Below are positions 28,206 through 41,900 of a stretch of DNA of 64,000 bases, in pieces (the stretch's first letter is position 1; every line of letters begins with the position of its first letter). A program made the translations under genes and the position numbers. The stretch is taken from contig MQRK01182251.1 of NCBI GenBank assembly GCA_001938485.1, forward strand, positions 14,024 through 78,023, written 5' to 3'. Below the pieces are notes generated by a model that was not told the DNA's origin, did no database searches, and saw only the letters and a program-made list of their open reading frames with translations. The stretch comes from Girardia tigrina. Lineage: Eukaryota.

Positions 28206-31200
28206 CATTTAGATTTAATGGCAATTTATTTATAAACAAAATAAAGAAAAACGCCATTTTATAAGTTTTTTTATTGTGCAAAACATGTTTTACCATTGCG
28301 GCATCATCAGTTGTGAAGTAATTTCGGACTAATACGCAATTAATCTTTTTTAATATTAAAAAATTTTAATATGATTGAATGCACTTGGAATATTTAAGCA
28401 TGGTTTTAAATGCTTTATTAATAATACATCAGTGACTATCTTCTTATTTTCGACACCGAATCGTCTTGTGTCAAATTGTCTTGCACATAATCTTCTTGTG
28501 TCGATTTGTCGTGTAACGAATAGTCGTGTGGAATTGTCTGTCACCGTTTTGAACAATTCTTTTACTAATTTTAACCCAATTTCTTTTCTGCTCACTCATT
28601 TCGACAGCTTTTCTTGTTAGCTACATTTAATTTATCAAGCTGGTTACAATACATATTCGCATTGATGATTTGTCCTTCCTTAAGCAGCAAGCAGTGCATG
28701 CTCGATCTCTTCTAATCACACAAAAAATGTTGCATGAGCTTCTGTTGATGAAGATTTGACTTTGGAATGATTGTGGCGTTTATTCTAGATTTGTATTCAA
28801 AGGTTTTTCGCTTTAAAGTCTAGTAAAGAATTCATTTGTCATTACGTCTGTCATAATATTGTCCGAAAGGGCTCTATAAATTTCTAAATGGTTCAGATAA
28901 ATTTCCTTTAGCCAATTGTACAGAACTCAGATACTCGATTTCAATTCAAATCCAGGATGTTTGATGAGTTCCTAATGGAGGATGCTGAGTTATTTTCAAA
29001 ATGATAACGTGGTTAAATATGGGTTTCTCTCGAATAGACCACAAAATATCACAATCCACCTTCAATAGCTGCCCAGATCGATCATATTCTTTCAGACTGA
29101 TTTCTCAATAGCTGCCCAGATCGATCATATTCTTTCAGACTGATTTCTCATCAGCGAAGTTTGACAAACCATGTCTGGCAGGTCCGAACATTTACATATA
29201 TATTTCCAAACGTGTAATATAAGTTTTTACAAGCAAGTGATGTTATGTTTCCTTTAGGAAATTTATACCATTTACACTGTTTTAAATACATTTTATGCAC
29301 TGATATCTTGTCCACTTTATATTTTGCCACTGTCTGATGCAGATTTTGATAAGTATTCCTTTTATGTTAAATCATAAAACTCTAAATGATTCATTATAAT
29401 TTAGGCAAAAAATGCGACTGGATTTTATTAAAATCATTTTATAATGTATGAATACAATTGTGTGAATAAATTTGAGAAGTATAAGAAATACGTTTTAAAC
29501 GAATGTTTAACATCATAAGATAAAAATATGATATTAAAAAGAGAGATTTTATATCAAAACATTCATATAATATCTTAAAATTAACCTCAACAATCTTAAC
29601 AGCAACTACAGTTTTTCCACTTCCCGTTGGAGAGCATATCAACACATTCTGGCCCTCTATTCCTTTTTTAGCAAGTTCTTCTTGATATTTCCTCATAACC
29701 AATGACTTTTTATTGTTATCTGGATCACCGTAATTTTTAAATATCGAAAGCTTCATTCAACTCACCAGCAACTTTATCATTTTCGGGACAGAAATTAAGA
29801 AGAGTCGCAACGCTTTTATGTTTACAAATTCCAAATAATTTATCAAATTCTACATCTTTTATGGAAGCATTATCATCATCACTATCGTCACTATCATCAT
29901 ATTTCTCGTCATCAACTTGGGAAAAATTGGATTTTGTATCTACATAATAATGATATTTAAGCACGTTAGAGCTTGAATGAAATCGTTAACCATCTTTCAT
30001 GGTGGAATCTTCCATTTGACAACCTTAAGATGGAAATGCTTTATTAATATACCCGTTTACAAATAAACATACTGTTGGAATGGCCATTACTTAATGTCGA
30101 ATCAACATTTTCAGAAAGACAGTCAAACTGAACCTTACCTGTGATTAATACTCAATAATAATTATTATTTCAAATACATAGATATATTAATAATATTCAA
30201 AGAAACAAACGGAAAAGAAATGATGATTTCAAGCCTGTTTATCAGCTAATTAGTGACTTAAATTCACCATTTGTCTATGTACTTGTAGCAAGATTGTAGA
30301 AATAAATGTTCCATATCATAATTATCACAGAGATAAATTTCTTTTATTTTATTATAAAATCGGCGCATTTCCGTCTTCAAAATATCGTTGCAAACTAATG
30401 CATCATATATAAATCCAATCTAACCATCCTCATCAAAAGCATTGTCCTTCATTTCATATATTATTAAACAAGGCATTTGATGGGTACCGTGCTCTTGCAG
30501 TTTCCATAATTTAACAGGCGCGTGAAATTTTTTACGAATAACAACAATTTCTCTTATGGTGAATATAAATGATGTTCCTTTAAATTGAGACACATTTTGA
30601 AAATATAATTTGATTAAAGCTTTTCTTATATAATTATATACATCATCATCAGCAATATTTGGATGTTTAGTATATGAATATTAAGTTGTTTTAATAATAC
30701 AATTTTAAAAAGGTATATAAAGTTTAAATGGAATAATTTAAAAAATATTAAATAATATTAAATTAAAACAATTTAATATTCATATACTAAATTGCCGAAA
30801 ATTGCTAAATTTCCGAGCAGAGCCAATACTGAGAAAACAGAGACAGAAGACAGCCCAGCCACGACAGAAGAAAGGAGTATACAAGTGCCTTCACTGCCCA
30901 AAAAATACATGTGCGCTTGATGGCTGAAGATCCACATACAGAAGAATCACCGAGAAGAACCAGAGCAATTCAACACCCAGAGAGACGAAAACTTGGTAAG
31001 AGAGGAAGAGTTGAACCCTCTCTTCCAATTGAACCCTCAGTTTCTGGACGAAACTGGGAGTATGCCGGGGACCCAGAACGAACAAGACGCTGAAGAAACA
31101 CACGGATACTACCGATTACCCGACATGAAGGCAAAAGGAAAATTCCAGTGTCCATTTCGCGGTTTTTACGTGTCCACCATAACTGCTAAAGGCATGTATG

Positions 31201-32896
31201 GCCATGGTACCAAGTTCCATGATTGGTTATTCGTCACTGACCTCGTAGGAGGCCTATCTGGGGCCCTTAAAGACTTTTGTTTGGGTGGACCCTCTAAAGA
31301 ACCTTAGGCTCAATACCATTGAAAGAGATGGGAGGCCTACATCGGAGAGACAAATAGTCATCTCAAAACCCGGATTAGCGAGGACCAACAAATTAGTCGA
31401 TCGAGTAAGTTTCTTGATCATTGATTATGTTGTAAGTAACACAGAGATATGTATTGTACAAGAGATATGTGGATGATGTATTTTTGGTTTTCAGAAATCA
31501 ATCCCTCATAGAACCATTCCTAACATTCATGAATGGTCTTCATCTGAATATTAAATTTACATATCATTTAAATTTAAATATCTTGTTCGATTATTTTTGA
31601 ACCACAACCCATTCTAATGAAATTTGAATTTATTTGTCATGAGTGATTGTCAATTTCAAAACAAAAATTATCGGTTTGGTATGTAAAATGAAAATAAAAT
31701 CCTGTACGTGTATGTGTATTGCCTAAATGAAATGTAAATATGTGTGTGTTCGATCGATTCATTGTCATTTTACCAGTTTATCCGATAATTAGTCAAATTG
31801 TGAGCCTCTTTCTAATGGTATGTGTATGTTTGCGTGAATGTGGTAGAAATGTACGATTACGTAATTATTACTGCGTGCATGTGTGTAAATAAAAGAAAGT
31901 GGATTAGGATTGGATGAATGTGTTTTTTATGTGTGTGTGTGTTTTGTGAACAATTATCACAATGATTCAATTTAAAAAAAATGGTTGAAAAAAGATTTCA
32001 TGACGGCCAAAAAAAAATTTTGTTGAATAAAAAATTGAAAACTCGGATATTGTCTTTATTTTGTTTTTAAAAATTTACTGCAAATTGAACTAGAAATCAA
32101 ATTTAAATTAATCGAGCAAGATGAATTTGTTTTTTTTTCGGTGAAAAATAAAGTGAAATCAACTCGCAATAACAAAATTTTCTTGGAATTAGTATTTTTA
32201 CTATCGATTTGTGTTATTTGGAGATTAATAAATCAACTCGCAATGTGATTATGTTATTCGTGTTACCCGAAAGATGATTATCATCAGATCGATCAGGAAA
32301 CACGACGCAAATTGCAGCTGGAGGCTGCTGAGAAACGACTTGAGTATAGAGGATACGATTCTGTGGGAATCGCGTTTGATAAAGATTCCAGTGGGGAAAT
32401 TGTTGTTTATAAAAAACAATGGAAAGTAATGGCTTTGGAGACTGAAGTTAAAGACAAAATGTGCGAAATAATTAATGAAGAAGTAGACGTTCATTCGGGC
32501 ATAGCTCATACTCGATGGGCTACTCACGGCGTTCCGAATGAATCCAACAGTCATCCGCATAGATCCGATCCTAACAATGAATTCAGCGTTATTCACAATG
32601 GAATCATTACTAATTATGAAGCAACCAACGAGATTTTGCAAAGAAATGGATTTAAATTCGAAACTGACACTGGCATTGAAATTATTCCAAAATTAATTAA
32701 ACAATTCTATAATAATCACTATGACAAATCCGTGTCATTCAGAGAACTAGTGGAATTGGTGATCTCGGAACTGGAAGGATCATTTGCAGTGATGTTTAAA
32801 AGCACTAATTTTCCAGGAGAGATTGTTGTGACTCAAAATATGAGCTCATATATATTGAAAATGAATCCACAAAAATAGTGGAGACACGGTTTCCTG

Positions 32897-32938
<42 letters not shown>

Positions 32939-35900
32939 CTTATTTGAACAATGTTTTTACTCTTTGGTTCAGGTATTAAAACAAGTCAAAATGCAGTAAA
33001 TAGTTCAAAACTTACATATTGCTGAAATACAGTTTACGTGAAATAATCAAGGATCAAAATTTATTTGTATTTTATTATTGCAAAAGAATATAACATTACC
33101 CTTAACTTTCGATTTGTTCTCCTCAGAAGAAATATTGTCTGTTTCCATATCAGTATTCTTTTGAGTAGTGGCTGGAAAAGATTTGACAAGTTAATGTGCA
33201 ATCGATAACATAATTATACATTTTAAATCCGTTCCAGAAGTGCATTGAGATCCTTCGTTTTTATCTCCATCTAAGCATAAATATTACAAAAATATTTTGA
33301 CATAAATTCATCCAACTTCTTTTGTTGTCTTCAATAATGGAAGATGCATATGCTAGAATAATATTTTTCTTTTCTTCTTCCGATTGACTTGAAACCAGCA
33401 CTGTAAGATTCATTGCTCATTATTAACTAATTATTGCGAATACACATCATATCAAAACTAGATCACAGAAATAAAAAAAGGTTTTCAAGTCTATTATTTT
33501 TACATTAATTATATTTTAGTAAAATGTTCATTTTTATTATACATTTTCAAAATCTATGATTGAAATCTAATATAATTTATCGACTGAATCCAGTTGTAAC
33601 ATTTGATACAAATTATTTCTAATACAAAAAGTAAAAATAATAACTAATTAATTTTTTATTTAACAAGGATGGGATTTAATCGATGATTATACATAATATT
33701 TAGTTTTAACAGTTTTTATTCATTTGAAATATCAGGGATTAAATCTTAAGAAAAATGTGATATTTAATATAATGTAATGTTTGTTAGCGAAATTGAGTCA
33801 TAAAAATGTGGATGACTTTTGTTTCTAGATGATATATTATAAATATTATTATTATAACTTCAAACTATACTTGTATGAAATACTAAACTTACCTTTAGGA
33901 TTACTAATTATTCACAAAATTCACAGCTCGATTTTTACTTTTTGTATTAGAAATGATTTGTATCAAATGTTACTGCTGGATTCAGTAATAATAATTTATA
34001 ATTCATAAGTAGATATTAAATCTTTATTGATGAATGCTTTGACGAATAACGATTGAATTCCTTCCTGAATTTGCGAAACTTGAAAGAACCTGTTGCAGTC
34101 GGTAATGAACTGCTCCAAATCATTGTGTCCATCGAATATTGTTGGCGCCAAATTGTTGATAACATTTGGCGTGGTCGCCACATAAGAATTTTCCATATTA
34201 AAAATCCAAAAAATTGATAAACGTTTATTTTTATGATACAATCAAATGATGCGCGTCTAAAATTAATTACACTGATTGATTTAAACAATCTCAGGAGTTT
34301 TTATATATTCAGGATCCTTTAATATAATATGATATTAATATAAATAATTATATGTATTTTAATTTATAAATATATAGTTGTTAATTATTCTCACAATATT
34401 AATCCGTTAATTATCTATTTTAAAATTTATTTAAACGTATTTCATAACTTTTATTAAAATATATCGATTGTTATGACTGCAAGTATATTTTAAATATGCA
34501 TTTAACTTTTATGACATTTTTACTTCACTTTTTAATTTTTAATTGACTTTTGTTAAATTTTCAAATTAAAAAAATAATAAACTATTTTGGCGAAATGCAA
34601 ATTAAAACTAACCCCTCAAACGATTAAAGGAATGTATCATTAACAAATATGTATTCGTTTCCCAGGTTTCCGTTTAGAAATCTTTCATCCATAATTATCT
34701 TTATTAATGTCATTCAGCCCTAGTTACAACTACAAAATATTTTTACCAAAATATATTTTCTAATCGCTGAAATTAAACTTCAAATACCACATCCTTGAAT
34801 TTAAGCTTAAAATTAAATTTAATTAATCAAACTTAACTGATTGATCCCAACCAATTAGTTAGAAATAAGGGAACTAAGAATGTTGATAAAATAAATTTAG
34901 TGGGTAATCGTTCGTAAATAAAAAAATAATAATGCTCCAAAAACAAAGAACTACTTTTCTGAAGATCTGATAAATACACTGGTATGAAATCGGTCTGGGT
35001 TGAATAGAAGATCTGCAATAGTTTACCGTACCAATTGTCACTGTTGTTCATAACAGCTAGAAGAAACTCGACTTTTGCTGAATTAATTATCTCAAATAAA
35101 TAACTACATCAATAAATAAAAAAGCATTTTTAATATGGTTTTTGTACAACAATTTCGAAATTACATGGTCCACAAAAAGCTATCTTTTTTACACAGATGA
35201 TTTACTTTAACACAATATCTATGTTAATAGCTTTTATTAAAAAATACTTGCAAAATAATCTACACAAGATGAGATATCTAACTAAAAGTAATATACTATC
35301 ACACATAGTGTTTTGGAGTGCTGCATATCTAATTAGTTAATCTTTTAAAGAGTTATTAAAAGTCCGCTGTGACATCGACTCAATCAAATTCCGAAAAGTA
35401 TGCGTAATAGGGATATCTCTGATCTAAGCAAATAAGAGATGAAGAGACCTTCATTAGTAAAGATTATTTCCTTTTGCGACCAGCACTTGGTAATAGCTCA
35501 GAGTATCTAAATCGGGTTGAGGTCTGGGCAATTGCCCGGCCATAGTAAAGCTGCAGAATGATTGTCAAGGAAACATTTTATGGTTTTCCTACTGTTGTGG
35601 CAATGTGCTCAATCTTGCATAGACATAAAATCACCAGTAAAAAACCCACTCATGAGCTTGAGGTATCATCCGAGTTGTGAAAATTTGTCGGAGTTCGTAG
35701 TTTTCTTTACAAAATGCAACTTGTCACAAGTTTTTGTACTCATCATAGATCACATTAGCACCTTTGTAGAAAATTTTACTCTGGATCTTGTTTGGATTGG
35801 CCTATCACTTCCATGCTAGAAACGTCGTACAGATGTTGTTTCCCACTGAAAGGAAGACTCGTCTGAACAAACTTTTAATAGATCCTCGACTCTCAAACCA

Positions 35901-38900
35901 GCATAATCATTGGCCCACTGGCGACGTTTCTTACAAATTGCAGCAGTCATTAAAGGCTTATGAACTAGTTTTACACTCATAACTCCTTGTTTCTTGAGTC
36001 TAAGTTATGCTTTGTGTATAATATACTTGACACTTCAGTGGTTTCATGAGTTGCTAATGGATTATGTAGCACAAATAGACAAATTTGGCGGTCTGTCTGC
36101 AAGGATGTTGCTCTTTTACGTTCACATTAGCCAAATGGAGAATTAGGGGAGGTATCTTGCTTCTTCATACACTGGACGGTACTTGTACATTAGATTGGCC
36201 CTTAGCTTTATTGAAATTTTCGAAAGTCAAAATTTTATACCTCCAACCCATAATCCTGTTCTAATCAACCAAATAAGGAACTAAGTGATCGAATATATCT
36301 TATGCAAAATTTCAGCTCAATTGGACAATTTCTAGGCGACTCTCAAATGCCTTCAACTTGGAACATAGTATGATATTACATAATTATTACTTTTGACGAT
36401 GTTCTTATTTACTACACCAATAAATTATAACACAAAATCATTTTTATCTACAACAATAACGCCATAGAATCAAAATATAATGTAAACATACATACTCCAC
36501 TTATAGACTTCTTCTCGTTACGAGATAACTGAAATTGATTTTGAAAAAGGTATATCTTGAATTCATAGATTGCCTTTGCCATCCATCTGATATGGCTTAA
36601 AGCTATTGCTATACGAAACGATATTAAGTTTCTTGGAATGCCGCCAAGAAAGATCATTGTTAACTTAAACAATTCTCGGTAATCATCTTTCTGCTGTTTT
36701 TTTCGTAGAAAGGTAGTGTTCATCATTAGGCACTTAATTACCACCAGTTATATAAACGTTCTTGTCGAGTTTCGTCCAGGCTTGTCTAAATCTGCTGAAA
36801 AGCGTCATGTCTGGAGAAGTGAATCGAAACAGCTCCTAAAAACCAACTTAAAAATGTGAGGACACCAACGGAGGTACAATAGATAACGATTGAATGGCTT
36901 TTCTAGGTTTGTACAGACACCATTTGCTTAAATTATTTTGCTTGCTGTCGAATCACAACAACTAGCCTGAATTTTGTCGGTTAGGCCCCATTTCTCTACT
37001 GCTTGATAAGCAGTCATAGCTGAAGATGTTTAAATTTTATGGACTTCCAACAATTGTTCCTTGCTTTGAAAATTTACTATTATTGCCAGTCTATCTACCT
37101 TTTCAACACCAGTGAGTACTGGCAGTAGCTTTCCATCCTAGTGTAGCACCAATTCTTGGCAATCATTTAAGCTAATGTTTTTCTGAATTTCTGAATGTTC
37201 TGCTTCTCAATTTTTTAAGGTTTTGAAAAGAAATGCGATTTATCACCAGGTTTTCAGTATCACATCATTAATATGTAAACCCCATTACTGTACGTAATTT
37301 TGTACTGATCAAAAACTTCAGCCAAACAGGGAGTGAAAAATGGTGTTGTTGAACTTTTGCTGGTGTTGATCATATTTTCTGATCGACGGCAGGTGAACTT
37401 TCACTATCGTCAGCACTATCGCTGTCTTCTCTAATTGATGCTGAATCATCAGTCTTCCTATATAATGGTCTATATTATCAATTATTTAACAAGCCATTTG
37501 TCATATATATACCATGCCCTACCAAAAGTCTTTTGTCAGCAGCTTTTGCCTATTTTTAACTGGTCGCAATGGAATCTATAACATTTAAACCTAAATAGAA
37601 TGCAGAAGACATGTGAGGCAATGGAAAAATTAGTATTTAGTACAGTTTCCTTTATCTCTTATGACTGCTCTTACCTGGTTTGACATAGAATCGACCATTT
37701 TTTTCAGGAGCTGAGGAGAACTATTTGCATATTCTTCCCGAAGCTGAAGTTCTAATTCAGTGGTATTCCGTGGAAGCACCTGCATTTTACGAACGGCTCG
37801 GTCTACCTAATCTCATAGGAATTCAATTGGGTTTAAATCGAGGCTTTGTGGCATCCATTTCAGTACATTTATGCTATTTGTTTTAAAGAAATCCTTAATG
37901 AGGTGCGACCTATGGATTGATGTCATATCGTGTTGGAAGAGAATATCGGCAATTTCTGAAAGAAATAGAAGCAGTTCATGTTCAATGATTGCTCGGTACT
38001 CCATGAAAATGACATAAGAAGAAAAGAAAAATATTATTCTAGCATATGCATCTTCCATTATTGAAAACAACAAAAGAAGTTTCGTGAATTTATGTCAAAA
38101 TATTTTTGTAATATTTATAATTCTTTAATTTTAGATGACTTTCTCAATTAACTCATAATACAACAGAAAAGAGTCAAGTATGTTTCTGACCAAAGACTTT
38201 TGGTAGGGCAGGGTATATAGTATCCACAGCTTATGTGGCCTCTTAGAATGTGTTTTCGCTAAATATGTACAAACTATTTAGAAAAAAATAATATAAATAA
38301 TAATATATGGGTGTAATAAGACGTATTTACCGTATTTTCTCTTTTTCTTGTAAATATTTAATAAACTATCCATTTTTGCATCCGTAATCAATTTCATTTC
38401 TCTTGCTTTAAACAAAATAGATTCATTCAGCTGAAGATTGTCAAGGTGATCGACACCTTGATTCCTTAATAGTTGTGAGCACCATTTCTCTGAGTCAGTT
38501 GCTTCGGAACATGAATCCTCAGACATTATAAAATCAGTCTCTGATAAAAAATAAAATTATTGTAAGTTTTTATTTATGTATTTTAAGTGATAATATTTAG
38601 TAATAAATATAGTTTGATGCCTTTATACATACCACTTTCTGATTTGATAATATATATGTATTTCAATGGTAATATGAAGTGAAGTATATGTATATATATA
38701 TATGAATGTGTATATGTGTGAGAAATATAAATATGAAGAAATATTTACTACTTGTGACTGAATAGTATAATTAAATATAACCTAATATTATTAGGTGTAC
38801 AACTAATTAATTTCGTATTTGTTACGAAATAACCTTATATTCGTATTTGTTACCTGATTTCATATTTGTTACCTCATTTCGAATTTGTTACTAACCTCAT

Positions 38901-41900
38901 ATCTATTTATGTAGTCAATAGTCAATTTTATTGAATTTTAGTAAACACACAATTTTTTTTTATTACAGTCAAAATGTCAAATTACGTTCCAACAAAACAG
39001 CATTTGCGNGGAGGTTTGNTTTTGTTCTTTAATTTAAGGAAAAGTGCAACAGAAGCACATCGTTTACTCTCAGAAGCTTATGCTGAATATGCTCCAGAGG
39101 TTAGAGTATGTCAGCAGTGGTTTGCACGATTTAAAAGTGGCGATTTTGACACAGAAGACAAAGAGCGAACAGGTCCATCAAAAAAATTTGAAAACAAACA
39201 ATTGGAGGCATTACTCGATCAAGATCCATGTCAAACTCAAGAAGAGCTTGGAAAAACATTGGAAGTCACTCAACAAGCCATTTCTAAACGTTTAAAAGCA
39301 GCCTGATACATTCACAAACAAGGAAATTGGGTGCCACACGAATTGAAGCCGAGAGACGTTGAGAGACGANNNNNNNNNNNNNNNNNNNNNNNNNNNNNNN
39401 NNNNNNNNNNNNNNNNNNNNNNNNNNNNNNNNNNNNNNNNNNNNNNNNNNNNNNNNNNNNNNNNNNNNNNNNNNNNNNNNNNNNNNNNNNNNNNNNNNNN
39501 NNNNNNNNNNNNNNNNNNNNNNNNNNNNNNNNNNNNNNNNNNNNNNNNNNNNNNNNNNNNNNNNNNNNNNNNNNNNNNNNNNNNNNNNNNNNNNNNNNNN
39601 NNNNNNNNNNNNNNNNNNNNNNNNNNNNNNNNNNNNNNNNNNNNNNNNNNNNNNNNNNNNNNNNNNNNNNNNNNNNNNNNNNNNNNNNNNNNNNNNNNNN
39701 NNNNNNNNNCCGAAAAACGGCCAGAATGGGCGACCAGACACGAGAAATTGATTTTCCATCATGACAATGCTCGGTCACATGTTGCAGTACCGGTCAAAAA
39801 TTATTTGGAAAATGCCGGATGGGAAATTTTACCTCACCCGCCTTATAGCCCAGACATAGCTCCTTCTGACTACCACTTGTTTCGGTCGATGTTGAATCAC
39901 CTTTCTGGAATACGGTTCACCAATGTTGAAGGTATTAAAAAATGACTTGATGACTTTCTCGGCGCAAAAGATGAGAAGTTTTTTTGGGATGGAATCCATA
40001 AATTGCCTGACAGATAGGAAAAAGTTGCCGCTTCCGATAGAAAATATTTTGAATAAAATATTTTTTCACTTTTATACTTAAATAAATGGTTTTTTTTAAC
40101 AAAAAAAATACGAAATTAATTAGTTGTACACCCAATATATAAAATAACTTGATTTGAAATTCAAATTTAAAATATTTATTATATAAATTTATCGAAATAA
40201 AATATATATAGCTGAAGAATTGTATACGTCAAATAGTAAGGTGATATACTCTCAACAGACCCATATAACATTGTGATTAACGTTCTTTTCATGTAATCAG
40301 TTTTTAAATGAATATTCTTGTGCAAAAGAAATATGAAAGGCCGAAAGTTAATTTTTGTATTTAATGTTTTTATTTAAAAATTATTTTTCTAGTTTATTTG
40401 GTAACTATCTCTAAAAATGTGATGTGTAATATTTTTAATCAGTAAATTTGATCTATTAAACCAGAATTATAATGGAATTCCAGATGAAGAGAAAACATAA
40501 TTTCAAAAATTTTATTTCAATTCAACTTTCTGTTTTTTAAAATAAATTCCGATGGGCATTATCTCAATTCACAAACCTTTATAAATAATTATAGTTTAAT
40601 ATAAATGAATACGTAAAAATTTTAATTGAAATTTTCAAATGTCATAATTTTCAAATTTCAAATTTAATGTTCGAAACTTTTAGTGAGCATAAAATTTTTA
40701 ACATTTGCAATTTTTAGATTCTAAGATTGATGTAGAAAAGGATCTCTAGACGTATTTATTGAGTGTGTTTACGCTACATAATCATTTGTTGATTACAGAA
40801 TTACAGCTTATAAGCCGATTAAATATGTATTATTAAAATGCCGTATTTCATACAAAAGAAATTCGCCAAGATCATCATTTTATGTAATTTTTGTTAGTGT
40901 AATTGTTGAATCCTTTTATAAAATGTAATTGTTGGAGGAAATGTTTTGGATGCATAACCAAATCTGAGACGGATTTTGTCACTGATACAGATTCGACTTT
41001 CATTCTTAGAGCTTCGACACTTTCTCGATTCAAGAACTGTAAAATTTGAAGACGACTTGATTAATGGATTAAATTTGTGACGCACGACTTTGACTGAGGA
41101 AATCTCCGAAAAATCAGTAATCTCTAATTCTTCAATTTTTGAATTATCTATTCGTCAGTTCCCCAAAAGCTTGTCCCAAGATCAGATATGGTAATCTCAA
41201 ACGTTCAGCAAGAGGGGTGGACACGAATGAAACACCAAAACACAGTCCAAAACAATACCTTCACGAAAAGAAGTTGATTGTGAGGGTTTGATGGTCTGCC
41301 GCAGGCGTAATCCACTACGACGTCAAAAAATCTTGTTCGTCGATCACACCAGATGTCTACTGCAACTAATTGGAAGATATGATACGGAAACTCAAAGAAA
41401 AAACAACCGCCTTTGGTAAACAAGTCGACTCTCACCTTGCTCAACGATAATAAAAAACCACATACTTCACTTGAGACTGTGATAAAACTACAGAAACATG
41501 TCATTCGGAATTTCTGCATCATCCTCCATACTCACCAGACATAATCCCAACTGATTATCATTTCTTCCTCGACTTTACTAAATTTTGGATAAGAAAAAAA
41601 TTCAATTCCGAAGATGTAGTAAAATGCCTCCCAAAATTTGTATTCAAATGGCCTCAACAATCTGCCGCTCAAATGGTACAAGTGTGTCCATAATATTGAT
41701 GCATACTTTGATGAATGACAGAAATATTTGTATTGGTAGATTATCAATAAACTTTGATTTTAGTTCTACAAATACCTAATAGTAATATATTGATCATATT
41801 TGCAGTTGAGCCTGTTAATTATTCTCAAAAATAATATTTACGGAATAATTAAATCAATAAATTATAATGTAAAGTCACTATTATTGACTCGAAAATAATT

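Noticed and set aside
2169-29719. Dicer or FANCM helicase instead of RLR
   Set aside because: Motif VI is followed by pincer helices and a CxxC CTD rather than DUF283/PAZ/RNase III, and CARD-like repeats precede the helicase
29720-29990. Apparent frameshift and in-frame stop suggesting an RLR pseudogene
   Set aside because: Both are removed by canonical GT-AG mini-introns (29765-29720, 46 nt; 29990-29940, 51 nt)
32312-32878. Bacterial glmS horizontal transfer or functional GFAT gene
   Set aside because: PHRSDPNNEF and KS..FPGE features are eukaryote-type; catalytic Cys and SIS domains are missing
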